Origin: Lytechinus pictus
Taxonomy: Eukaryota
DNA: 64,000 nt
Reading direction: 5' to 3'
Assembly: GCF_037042905.1 (NCBI RefSeq)
Contig: NC_087246.1
Location: 7,628,001 to 7,692,000, forward strand
Made by a program: the position numbers and the translations under genes. Positions 52,411 through 64,000 of this stretch are shown one piece after another; position 1 is the stretch's first letter; each line of letters begins with the position of its first letter. The notes beneath the pieces are model-generated. The model ran no database searches, was not told where the DNA came from, and worked only from the letters and a program-made list of their open reading frames with translations.

Positions 52411-52686
52411 TTTTGTAATAGTTTTCCATTCTATTTTTAGCATTTTAGCATTAGCATTCCTTAAAAAGCTGTGTGCGCTATGAACGCCTAGCTTAGCCGG
52501 GTAATATAGGAGCGCCTTGAGCACCTAACAAGGTGGATATGTGCGCAATATAAATACCCTATATTATTATTATTATTATTTTAACCTTATGTATATTTTT
52601 TGTTTCTCCTTTTGTATCTTATAGATTAGTATATCATATGTTGCATGTTAATAATCAGAAGTATTCCAGGGCCCTACTCACAAGCT
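51706..52686 (+). mobile_element. L2-type LINE 3' fragment (tail resumes at 58475-58625); contains a SINE fragment at 52455-52580
   Basis: PYLTHCNVAWG, LQKRAIRLI, IHNYNTRQ, EWNNLP; half of the 3' hairpin agggccctactcacaagctt. Confidence 0.85.
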
Positions 52687-52854
52687 TTTCCACTAGGGCC
52701 AGGACAGCGTCAGGACAAGGCGCGGAATGTAATAATTGCAATCCGCGACCCTTCCGCAAGCTGTCCGGACATTCCTAAGAGTGTCCGCATGCTGTCCTAA
52801 ACCCTTCATGGTGGTCTCCACCAAATTTCGACGTGGATATCGAATTCCTGATTT

Positions 52855-53635
52855 TTTTTTATTTATTTATTAAAATATCTTTATACAGGATAACAGGCTC
52901 AGATTAACTGTTTTTCAGCCTGGTCCTGTTAACATAAAATTACAATAGATACATAATAGATAACAGAGTAACTTGGGTAATGTACAGTAATGAATGAATT
53001 CAATAACATTTAAAATTTAAGAAGGAAATTAAGAATATGATTATTATCATTGAGCATATACTAGACTTAATTATAACATTTTACAAAATAAATATCACCA
53101 AGTTAAGTAATGGAAGCTTATTTACTAAGAGTACGAATTATATTACATAAAAAATATTCGTTCCAACATATTTGATATATCAAATCATTAACACAATTCA
53201 AAACGAGAAAGATAAAGTAAAATGGAACAAAAAGCATATAATATCAATTTTTGAAATAAAACTTCTTATAAATCAATTTAAATGTTTCGATAGTTTGTGC
53301 ATTTTGAATATTATGGGGTATGTCGTTCCATCGTTTGGCACCGGAAAATCTGAGAGCTTGTTTGAAAATTGAAAGGTGAACAACGGGTGCAACTACGTTA
53401 AGGCTATCATTATTTCTTGTACGGTAATTATGTCGGTCACATACCATTTCAATGTCATTACAAAGTTGGGGAGGGGCTAATCCATGTATACATTTAAACA
53501 TTTGTGTGGCAAGAAAGTATTCTTTTCGTTCATCCATATCAGTCCAGGATAGGTTTTTTACAAGTGTTTTAAGAGAAACATTTTGATCAAAGTTTCCAGT
53601 TATGTAACGTGCAGCTCTTTTTTGCAATCTATAAA
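52855..53635 (-). mobile_element. L2/CR1-type LINE 3' fragment
   Basis: RLQKRAARYITG, MFKCIHGLAP, HNYRTR, FSGAKRWNDIP, ETFK; 3' hairpin and A-rich tail. Confidence 0.85.
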
Positions 53636-56199
53636 TACCTTCGGGACCTTGTCCTAACAATGTCCTGATGATGTCCAGCCCTCCTAACCCCTTCCGCGTC
53701 TTCCGGAAACCATCCGCGATCAGGTCAGCTTCAGGTAGCAAAGAAGAAGCCATGCGGAATGTTTCAGGAACTTGCGGATTGGAATAAGAAGGCAAGCGGA
53801 CAGGTTCAAGAAACGCGCGGACAGGAATAAGAAGGCAAGCGGACTGTTTCAGGAACGTTCCGATTGGAATAGGAAGGCAAGAGGAGTGATTCAGGAAGGT
53901 GTGGACCCAATGCTAATATGTATGGAACGAGTACACAAGTAGCAAAAGCCACTTTAGTCCGGGGGCTGGGAGAGTTTATTCAGCTGATCGGGTACAAAAG
54001 GTTTGATGGTCCCAAGATGTTGGCATGATATCAGTGGTCAAGAAAATGTGTTGCTGCCGGGTCAAATCCTGTACGGAGGGCCCACAGGGCCCCATTTTTC
54101 TCGGCCATCTTGAATTTTTCATGAAAATCAATCATTTTCATATTTTTGCACAAACAATGGAAAAATATTAAATAAATACGCATTTCACATTGATTCAGAC
54201 AGTAGAAATCGATTGCAAGTGTTTTCAGGACATTCCGGTTAATATTTTTTGAAAAATATAAGAATTTATGCCAAAATTTTCATGTTTTTAGGCAAAAATT
54301 TGCATGTACATTGATATCTTTCTGTTTTCTCATTAATATCAGCAATCAATGCAAAATATCAGCATTCAACACGAAAGAGAATATATTAACGAAAACATTG
54401 ATATGCTTCATGACAGTATTAATGTCTTAACTTGCTTAGATATAGAGGAAATACCTCCATATGCATTCCCCGATATTGAGATAAAATGACACCAAAAAGC
54501 AACCTCCGTCATTAGTCACACCAGTAATACCGATTTCAATGCGCTCGCTAGCTTGCCTTTCAAAAGAGTACGATAGACTCAATCGGTCTTGCCTCGCCTT
54601 TGTTGGTGTGACTAGCACGCATTAATGCATGTAATGAGTGTCGCGATAGAAAAGTGTATATTCCATTATGGCTATGAGGGCAAAAGGCGTTTTTTTTTTA
54701 CACATTTAAGCAACTTTTATGTTAATGAAACCTCTTGGAAAAGTTAGAGGAGGGATTGCTCTGCATGTCGCAAGTAATTTCATTCGGACACCTCAAAACA
54801 TAGTCCCGCAAGAGCCTGTCGAAGGTACCCCACCCTTATCCGAAGCTTGACTACTAAAATATATTGCCTTTTGGAGCCCTCATTGTGGCAAAATGATGCT
54901 TCGGTTAGGTAAAAAACAACTTACACATTTATAATCTTGGCCAATTATTTTCTGTTCATAATCGCGATTTTTTTCCTACTTAATTCTATTTCAAGTTTAC
55001 ATTGAAATGTATTTTTTAATATTATTTGCCGAATAAATAATAATAATAAATAATAATAATAATAATATTTCACCTCATTTCATTCATCTCCTTTGTTTGT
55101 TCCCATTTCTTTTGTGCTGTTTGTATATCTCGTTAATACTGGGAGGGGTAAGCCAGCAGCAGGGAGACGAGGGCCGTATTAGCACGGCATCCCCCTTGTT
55201 TTTCTTTTCCACCATATCATTTTTAAGTTTCCCCTTCCATTTCTCCATTTCACTTATATTTCTTCTGTTTGTACTTTTTTAAAAGGGGAAGCAAGACCAC
55301 CTCGCCCCTTGGTCCGCATGCGCCTGTCGAATGCAATTTGCATCCTAACTTCCCGTTTTCTTCCTCTTTTGTAATATATGTATTAATTTGTGGAAAAACT
55401 ATTAGAAAATAATGTTATAAAGGGAACCTCGACTTTGCTATGAACATATGTAGTCTTTTTTAAGTTACCTTAGATCCGAGATAATTTATTGTCATGTATA
55501 AAAATGCACAAAATCTGCTTTCAAAAAGTGAATACTATTACACCGACAAACACAATTGTTTTTAGCCTACATATTTCAACAATCAAATAATGTGAGTGCA
55601 AAGTGCGAGCTGAATACTTTTTACACTCCCACCTAAATACAGGGCATTCTAAGCACATTTTAAAATCACGAACAGAATAGGGATATATGACTATACACTT
55701 GATGTGAGCGCGAAGCGCGAGCCGAAACGAAATTTGACATCTCAAGTATTGTAAATCAGGAAAAGGATGGAAAAGTGGATAAATGGAAACATTCCTACAT
55801 AAATAATTTGATAATCTGATCTGAAACTGGAACAAGATTCGTATCTAAATAAACATGCGTGCGTGTGTTTAGATTCAAACCTAGAATCTGGACATTTTAA
55901 TTACATTCTTTATCATAATATCAATAATAAGAGCGCGATGCGCGAGCTAAGGATATTTGATTTTCCGATCTAAAAAAAAATAATCTAAGCGCAATTACGA
56001 ATCTGATATAGATCGCGCTTAATAAATGATGCGAGTGCGAAGCGCAAATTGATATTTTTATATTTTGAGTTGCGACCGGGATATTCCGTTCTGAAAAAAA
56101 ATGGACAATGATTATTAGGAAATAATGAAAATATTATTATCTTACTTATGGGACAAGTATTTGCAGGTGCATCTCTTATGCTGATGATTTAATCCTACT

Positions 56200-57162
56200 G
56201 TTACCTAGTGTTGTTGCCCTCAACAGAATGATCCTTATTTGTCAAGATTATGCTTCGGAATATGATATAAAATTCAATACTGAAAAGAGCCAGCTTATCA
56301 TATTTACATGTGATAGAAAAAAGGTAATGGACCCAAAGATTAAATACAGTGGTAATCCAATTCAGGTTATGGATAGAATTTGTCATCTTGGTCACGTCAT
56401 CATTCAGGATATTTTTAGTGATGATGTTTCCAAACCTATAGGCGACTTTAATCGTCAGTGCAATATGGTTTTAAGCAATTTCAAACATGCCAAGTTTTAT
56501 TTGCGTAATATTCTGTTTCAAAAATTTTGTTGTAGTTTTAATGGAACACAGTTATATGCACTATTTGACTCATCTTTGGATGCTTTATATAGACACTGGA
56601 GAATAGCTGTTCGCAGAGTGTGGAAAGTTCCTTGGCAAACCCACAATGTGTTCTTTCTCTTTTTGGCCAAAACGATGTGCATAAAATTGTGGTTTCATAG
56701 AAGATGCTTAAATTTTATCTTGTCATCTCTCAAGGCTGATAATTTTATTGTATCATATATAACAAAAATGAGTCAGTTTGGTTCATTCTCTGTGCTTGGA
56801 GGGAATATCAAATACTTGAATAGTAAAGACATGATGGACCCTAGACAGGTAAAAAGGCAGTGGAATACGGTTCAATGAAACTTAGCTAATGTGGATCGCA
56901 AGGTTGAGCAAATTAGGGAACTCATTACAATGAGGGATGCAAATGATGTATCTCATTTAACTGAAATAGAATTGTAGGAACTGATTACCTTTCTGTGCTT
57001 ACTGGCATATTAATTCCTGGTCTTTTTTATTGGATGTTTTTAAGTGTATTTTTTATATATTGAATATGTTTGTTTTGTAAATTGGAAAACGTGTTTTTTA
57101 TGTATATGTGCATTTTTATGCGAATAAAGAAGACTTTGTATTGAATTGAATTGAATTGAATT
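56200..57162 (+). mobile_element. Non-LTR retrotransposon RT C-terminal fragment
   Basis: YASEYDIKFNTEKSQLIIF, HLGHVI, WRIAVRRVWKVPWQTH; aataaa and (GAATT)n tail. Confidence 0.8.
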
Positions 57163-58642
57163 AATCTAATAAGCCCAATGAGGGCGCGAAATTGATATCA
57201 AGGTCAGAAAACTGGACATTTTGTAATCATGAATAGGATGCATGGGTTATTTACTTAAAAATACTTTTAAATAATGCGAGCGCAAATTGCGAGCCGAAAT
57301 TTTTTGATAAACTGTCATGAAAGAGGAATTTAAAACAATTTGTTACAATTGATATAGGTATACATAACTCCCCAAACAAAATGCAAGCGCGCAGCTTTAG
57401 CTAATACTATTCAGAATCAGACCAGCCTAAAAAGTGATATTTTTCAAAAAATTATAGAATACACGAAGAGAATAGTTACTTGACGAATTAAATAATGCTA
57501 CTGCGCAGCGCGAGCGGAAAATGTTCATATTTAGACCATATAATTTACTAATTTTACAGAAAACTATAAAATCTATTTGTATATCAAACAAATTGAAAAC
57601 TCAGTGTCCGAAAAATATTTCGTATATTTACTTCAAAATTTGATATTTTATAAATCTCATAGATTAGACAATGCGAGAACAAAGCGAGCGAAAATTTAAA
57701 ATAGTGACATGAACCCCCCCCCCCCCCCCAATCTTATTTTATTCACTCGTCTTTCTCCTCTTATTTTCCCTCTTCATTTTCTCTTCTCTTTTCTCTTCTT
57801 TTTCCTCTCTTTCCATTTTTTCTTGTTTGCTCGTTCCAAAAAGTGGGGGGGGTATTTGATATCAAATGCCCCCCCCTTCCAAAAACTGAGGGGACGCATC
57901 CCCCTGTCCCTTTGGGATTTCCACCAATGTATGCAATTTGATTGGAAATAAAAGAAAATCCTATAGTCTATGTAGTCGAAAAATGTTTAGAAATAGCGTA
58001 CTTTTATGACGAATTAATTCATTCTCGCCTGCTCCTAAATCGGATTTAATAACAAAATCAATGTTTCTTTTTAAAAAAAAACGCACCACAAACCCCAATA
58101 ACACCCCTAAATTCATAAAAAAATATATGAACGATAATTTTCTTGGAGTATTCGCAAGTTGTCCGAAAATTATTCTGATTGTCCTCGTCCTTGAATTTAC
58201 CACTCTTGACGTTGTCCTAAATGTCTCCGGTTCTGTCCTAATACGATCTGCATGCTGTCCGCGCCGAACGCCGACAAATTTATTTAGATAATCTTGTCCT
58301 AGGACAGTCCCAGTAATGTCCTACGACAATAAACGGACAGTCCTGGGTGTGTCCTAGGACAAGATCATTGGCATAATCTTTTACGGAATTTGGTTGCGGA
58401 CAGCATGCCGAAATGACAAAAGTTGCTTCCGCAACCCTTCCTGGTCTTGTCCGCGCCCTAGTGGAGAACCGCCTTAAAGGGTCCTAAAACCAATTCGTCT
58501 ATGCTATAACCTAATTGATTTATGTTTATGTACTCATTTACATTGTATGTACATGTATATCTATTTTTATTATGATGTGATGTTTTTGGTTTTAAATAAA
58601 TAAACTTGAAACTTTAACTTAGACTAAATGAAAGTACACCAC

Positions 58643-58813
58643 GACTGGGCGTTGTGGCGTGCGCCTGTAATCCAAGCTATGTGGGGAAGTGCACAGAGGT
58701 TCGAGGTTCGAGCCCTGGTCACGTCTTTCGGATGGTGACGTGAAAGGTCGGTCCCAGACGTAAATAATCATATCTGATTGATACACGTCTGACAAAACTC
58801 AAATACACACACA
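58643..58813 (+). mobile_element. Candidate 7SL(SRP)-RNA-headed SINE, copy 2
   Basis: gactgggcgttgtggcgtgcgcctgtaatccaagctatgtggggaag head; body from the B box to the tail differs from copy 1 at one base seen. Confidence 0.78.
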
Positions 58814-58915
58814 TACGTGGTGAGTGGATGAACTGATGGTGGATCGAATGGTAGTATACAACTTAGCGATTGGATGAATTGGTATTAGACGAATTGCAAA
58901 TAAATCTGCTCTTAC

Positions 58916-59119
58916 CGTTCAAGGTTTGGTGGCGCTTTACTCCTCAGGAAATCCTTGATAGATTGAAAGTTTAGTCTCACTTGACGTTTGCCAATTAATA
59001 TTACAACGCTTCAATCAATGTGGGAAATATGATCAGGAATATGTACAGACAGAAAATGATTCTCAATCCTCTTCTCGCCGTTACGACATCCCAGCGGCAC
59101 CGTTTAGTTCGAATGACAC
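58916..59119 (-). other. Exon-like segment with strong splice signals but stops in all frames (UTR exon or frameshifted TM exon)
   Basis: Acceptor tttctttattatcag|, donor cg|gtaaga; unique-looking sequence. Confidence 0.35.
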
Positions 59120-59292
59120 CTGATAATAAAGAAACAGTTATAATAAGTTCAGTAAAGTTTAGTGAAGCTCAACCTAGCTCTTCATATTTATTGAAGTGTC
59201 CAATTAGCTTGAGCGATTAGATAAAAACTGATAGTTATCATTTTGTGTGAATGACAAACAACAAGAGTGTAAGGCCTACGTGCAGATTGAGC

Positions 59293-60199
59293 AGGGGCGG
59301 CAATCCTGGGGGCACAGTGCCCCCCACTATTTGAAGCATTAAAAAGTGCCCTTTTTACGCAAGAAAAATGCCCCCCCCGAACGTGTACTGTGCCCCTTTC
59401 ACCTGCGGAGGACCTGTTTTAGTTGTTACCAAGTGCCCTTTCATAAGTGCCCCCCTTTTCAGCAAAAATGCCCCATCTCGAGAACGTGTTCTGTGCCTCT
59501 TTCACATGAGAAGGACCCGATTTATGTGTTAGAAAGTGCCATTTCTCGAATCTATGCCAAATTCTGCCGGAAATGCCCCTTCACGAAAGTGTGAGCAAGT
59601 GCCTCATTGCCTCTTTGTATGTGCCCTTTCTCGAATCAGTGCCCATTTTTGCCCAAGAAAGGTGCCCCTCACGAACGTGTTCTGTGCCTTTTTCACCTGA
59701 GCAGGACACATTTTACGTGTTAACGCGTGCCCCTTTGAAACAAGAAAACAATATTCTCAATTTCGTATGTTAGAAAAAAACTTGTAAGGATAATCATAAG
59801 TGCCTTAAGCTTCATGAGTCATGTTAGTGGGGGTGTAGATAAGCATGCAGATGGGAGTGGGGGGCTCTTGCCCTCTCTCCAAATTTTTCACGACCAAGAA
59901 AAAATAGAGAAAAGGAAAGAGAGAAGGATGCAATATGATATTGTTTTTTTTAATAGTTGCCAAATCTATCACAAAATTGGATTTTCGTTATGAAAATGTC
60001 AACATTTTTTGTCTCTGGCTTTGCTCGCTCGCAGCTTCTTATGAATTTATGTGATATGACATATCTAGCTCCCTCAAATTTTGTATCCCCATTACGCCAT
60101 TGTAGATAAGTTACTTTTTTTAAAGCGTCCTTTTCGAAAGAGAATGTGCCATTTTTCCCTGTGCCCCCCCCCCCACTTTTAACTTCGCCCCGCTGCCCC
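59293..60199. mobile_element. MITE-like element with gtgccc subterminal repeats
   Basis: aggggcggc / gctgcccct termini; many aagtgccc(c)ttt motifs at 59315-59740. Confidence 0.55.
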
Positions 60200-61405
60200 T
60201 CCAGACAAGGCTTACACAAGCTACCAGGTACCGACTGTAATTGACCCCTGGTGCTTACTTGAATCAATGACAAGTATACTAATTTGTTGTGATATATTTA
60301 CCTCAATGGTAAATGGCTTCCAAAGATTTCAAACAGTTGCGGGGAAAATAGGCTAATGATTCATATTGTCTAATGTTCAGCTATTTTAGTAATTGCAAAT
60401 TGTAAGAAAAGGTGTATCTAAGGACAGGGAGGGCGTCAAAATGAGGAAAACTGGGGAAAATGAATGCCAGAACGAAGGAGAAAAAAAGAAAGATCACTTG
60501 AAATCTTAAAGAGGACTACCGGCCCGGGCTACCAGCGTCAATAAATCACAGATCCTCCATGAAGATTCCTGTATCGATAGGAAATTTACTGTAACATCAT
60601 GAAATAAGGAATTATTGGGAAAGCAAGGAAGATATAGATTTGCTTCTAGATATGTGTCAAAGTAGGTCATCGTAGGTTGTATCACCTTTTCTTTTGCGTC
60701 TCTCTTGATGTGGGGATAAGGTCGCCAGCCTATAGGCCCCACCCCACTATCAATCTGCCTAGTGGCGACGATGGTAATGATATACCACGATGCATTTAAC
60801 ATGTTTAAATAATGTAAGATTCGTCCCAGAGATCCGTCAAATGAGTTGAATACCAACTTACGTAATTCCTATAGGCTTTGTACAGGCACCACCCGGATTC
60901 AGTATGTAATTGAATGAAATATGACTGGAATATCACGTTAATTTTATAATTTGAGGCACCATTTACCAGAAGCTAAAGGGGCTCCACGATAATGCTTTTA
61001 AAAGTACATCCAATGTTTGAGAAAAAAATGCGGCGACAGGCAGACGCTGGACTGCTTAAATATTACAAAAAGCCATCTCTATACCGGTGCGGAGTCTCTC
61101 CCTAAGATTTGCAAGCGAAGTAGAACAAACAATATTTACCTTTTCTGCGATGAGAATGGTGTAAATCATTATGTTTATAAGGGCGCAATTTCAAAGTCGA
61201 GGCGTAAATTTTTCACCCTCTCAGACTGAAAATTAAAATCGTAAATCATCGGAAAACTGAGAAGCCATCAGGTTGTGTTTTTGGAACAAGATTGAAGGAA
61301 AACGTACATTAAATAATTTGAGACACTTTGTAGCGAATTTTCTTGAGGAGAAAAGGAGAAATCTAGCTGAGATTCTGGAAAGCCACACCCATCCTGATTC
61401 TGAAA

Positions 61406-62308
61406 ATGGCTAACGCAAGTGGAACTAAACCCGTTTTTTGTTAAATCAGAGGATGTTCGAAATGTGAGTACAAAACAAATATCGGGTGAGGAACTGTACA
61501 TGTCATTAGCCAAGATGATAGAACCTACTAACATATGGGGTATCCAGCAAATACGTAATTTATGGCCTATTAACCTCGTTCGTCATGAAGATAGAGTGAA
61601 AGTGATAATGAGTGGCTTAGTGCTTCGAGGGGAAGTTACCCCGGTACATGACCTCAACCCATTTACCAAAACCAGGGATGAGAATCTCCTTCGTGTGGTA
61701 ATATCCCACTCTCAGTAAGTGACCAACTTATCAAGTCTGAGTTTCAAACCAAAAACATTGAAATTCATGGTGAAATCATCAGGCAAAAACTAAGAGTTAA
61801 TGGACAACTGACGAGCTGCCTTAATGGAGATAGAGTTTTGTTCATCAAACCACCCGCCCAAGCCCTCCCTAGGAAATTCGTTTTCGGGAAGGTTTTCGTC
61901 GGTCGACTGTACCATCTTGGACAGCCAGAACAGGGAATTGGAAGCGTCGCTACATGCTCGAAATGCCTGGAGAAAGGACATCACGTATCTTCATGCAAGA
62001 ATGCAATCAGGTGTTCCCTCTGTAAAGCGAGTGGGCACGTGAGAAACAAGTGCCCAACCACCATAGCAACGGAAACTACGGATGCCACTGATCTTCGCCT
62101 TGATGACGATCGCCCGAGACAAGCCGCCACTGCTAGCCTTACTTCAAGCACTTCGTACAGCGGAAAAGCGAAGAAGCAACTTAATCTACAGGATTTTCTA
62201 CCCGTCCCAACCCCATCTGATCAGAAAGCAAGTCGACCACGAAAAGCGCCTAGTGTGCATGGTGTGATGAATGCTATCGTCGTGGAAAGCGATGGAAAGT
62301 TTTCATAA
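61406..62308 (+). pseudogene. L1/Tx1-type ORF1 (gag-like, two CCHC zinc knuckles), frameshifted; ORF2 absent
   Basis: IWGIQQIRNLW, LRVNGQLTSCLNGDR, CSKCLEKGHHVSSC, CSLCKASGHVRNKC; cut off by the repeat at 62310. Confidence 0.8.
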
Positions 62309-64000
62309 TCAGGGTACTAATGGATAATTCGTTTTTCATTCCTGATTTTCGTAGAGCAAAAACGGAAGTCAACCTCATGGATTGGTCTGTGAAAACACAA
62401 AAACGAAATCACAACGAGAAAAACCCCGTTGTGATTTCATTTTTGGAGATCAAAAACGGAAGAATGAAATCAGGAATACTTTTGGTCCTCTCTGATACCT
62501 CATTCTATACCTGTGTTTGTTATATATCAAAAACAAAATCAGAACACGCTTTCTACCCCCTGTACTGATTCTGTTTGGAAAAACGCAGACAGCGATAACG
62601 AAATCGGGTACCGCTTTCCACTTCCTGCTCTGTGATTTTGTCTTTCGCACAGCCAACAGCCACACCGGCAGGAAGTAGTCTGGACTCTGAACTCGACTCG
62701 GGCAATCAGATAAACACTAGCTTGACCCGGCACATGCACGTTTAGGGGGCTCAAATTAACAAAATTAAAGGGAATAAAGGGCTATTTATCGCATTTAAAA
62801 TATTAGAATAAAGTAATTTTTCAAGGGGTCCCAGGGATATCCCGACGGCCTAACCAGGGTAACCACGCGTATCCTAACTTATGGAACCTGTCTTAGGCAA
62901 CAAGATAGACATTAGCTTGACCCGGTGCATGCACATTTAGGGGGCTCAAATTAAGGGAATAAAGGGATATTTATCGCATTTTTAAAATTAAAATAAAGTA
63001 TATCGAAATACGTTATACACACGTGCACGCAGTACATTGCATGCATGAAGCTTCATGGTGCATGCATGATGCAACAAAAATTCACGTTAACATGGCTTTT
63101 TCCAGTGTTTTCGGACCTTCACAGACAGTGGCGTAGCTAGGATTTTTCCCGGGGGGGGGGGGCAAGGGGAAATAAAAGAAAATGAAGGAGGCATCGAAAT
63201 GAGATGAATAAAATATTTTCAAAAATACATGGATACATGAAATAAGACATGATATTCGCTATGATGTAAAAATCTATCACATAATTATAATTTTATTTCA
63301 AAATGTCATTTTTCTTCTGGCTAGCTTCGCTCGCTGGCGACTTTTTTTAATACAAATTTTCCCACATATGCTATGGTGTGCCCCCTCAAAATATTTAGAT
63401 GATTACGGTACACAACTGCATTGATTGATTGATTGATCGACTAAATTTCCAAAACGACTATCACATAATTATAATTTAATTTCAAAATCATTTTAAAAAG
63501 ACAGGGAAATAAATTAAAGATTTAAAAAGGCAAACAAAAGCGAGTGAAGGTATAAATGGAATGAGGCAAAATCTAAATTGGAAAATAAAAAAAGAGACAA
63601 GATATTACTACCGGGCTGCTGAGGATTGAAGATAACGAGCGGGAAAAAGATGGATGGTATATAGCATAATTTCGTATGGAAGTTTATTATAAAGTTGCTA
63701 AATATTCAAAGCTACCGGGGGCTATGTCCAAGAGTCAAGACCCCGTGCAGTGGAGGCTCTTAACCTGTAACTTTTAAAGGGCTCTATAACGGCCCCCTAT
63801 ATGGACCCTTCCTGCATTAACCTTTGCGTTGAAGCACTGGCGTACGGGGGCGGTGATTGGTTCCACAGCCAAGGGGAATAAAATAATGAAGGAGGCAGCG
63901 AAATGAGATGAATGAAATAAAAAAAGTAAGACATGATATTTGCTTTGATGTAAAAATCTATCACACAATTGAATTTTATTTCAAAAGGCCATTTTTCTGG

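Larger units (their letters stand above)
52687..58474. mobile_element. PIF/Harbinger-like non-autonomous element carrying further insertions
   Basis: tccactagggc at left (outer end eroded) and gccctagtggagaaccgcct|taa at right; ggaca/tgtcc-rich subterminal repeats at 52690-52830, 53640-53900 and 58150-58470. Confidence 0.55.

Noticed and set aside
58643..58813. Functional 7SL gene or human Alu contamination
   Set aside because: Similarity stops after about 47 nt; no S domain, dimeric Alu structure or poly-A, and both copies sit in native repeats.
60506..60856. 116-aa minus-strand ORF as a host exon
   Set aside because: No recognisable motif, no ATG start or suitable splice boundaries; left unassigned.

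Overview
AT-rich animal genomic DNA with no prokaryotic genes, CRISPR or rRNA. The repeat families look echinoderm, probably sea urchin (inference only). Most of the window is nested transposon debris: L2/CR1- and L1/Tx1-type LINEs (one nearly full length at 19.5-24.2 kb), a Penelope-like element with a hammerhead motif, Gypsy LTR elements, a Helentron-type element, Academ-like TAG..CTA elements, Kolobok/CACTA/Harbinger/Tc1-like elements and tRNA-derived SINEs. A minus-strand host gene appears to run through it: a death-domain exon (13105-12855), two phase-compatible 66-nt exons, and a candidate start exon encoding MGNTPM about 24 kb upstream. The most unusual signal is a short element present twice (44622-44800, 58643-58813). 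Its head is the 5' Alu domain of 7SL/SRP RNA, joined to a tRNA-type B box, a Nin/Deu-like core and a (CA)n tail, i.e. a candidate independently evolved 7SL-derived SINE. All assignments are by eye; no searches were run.
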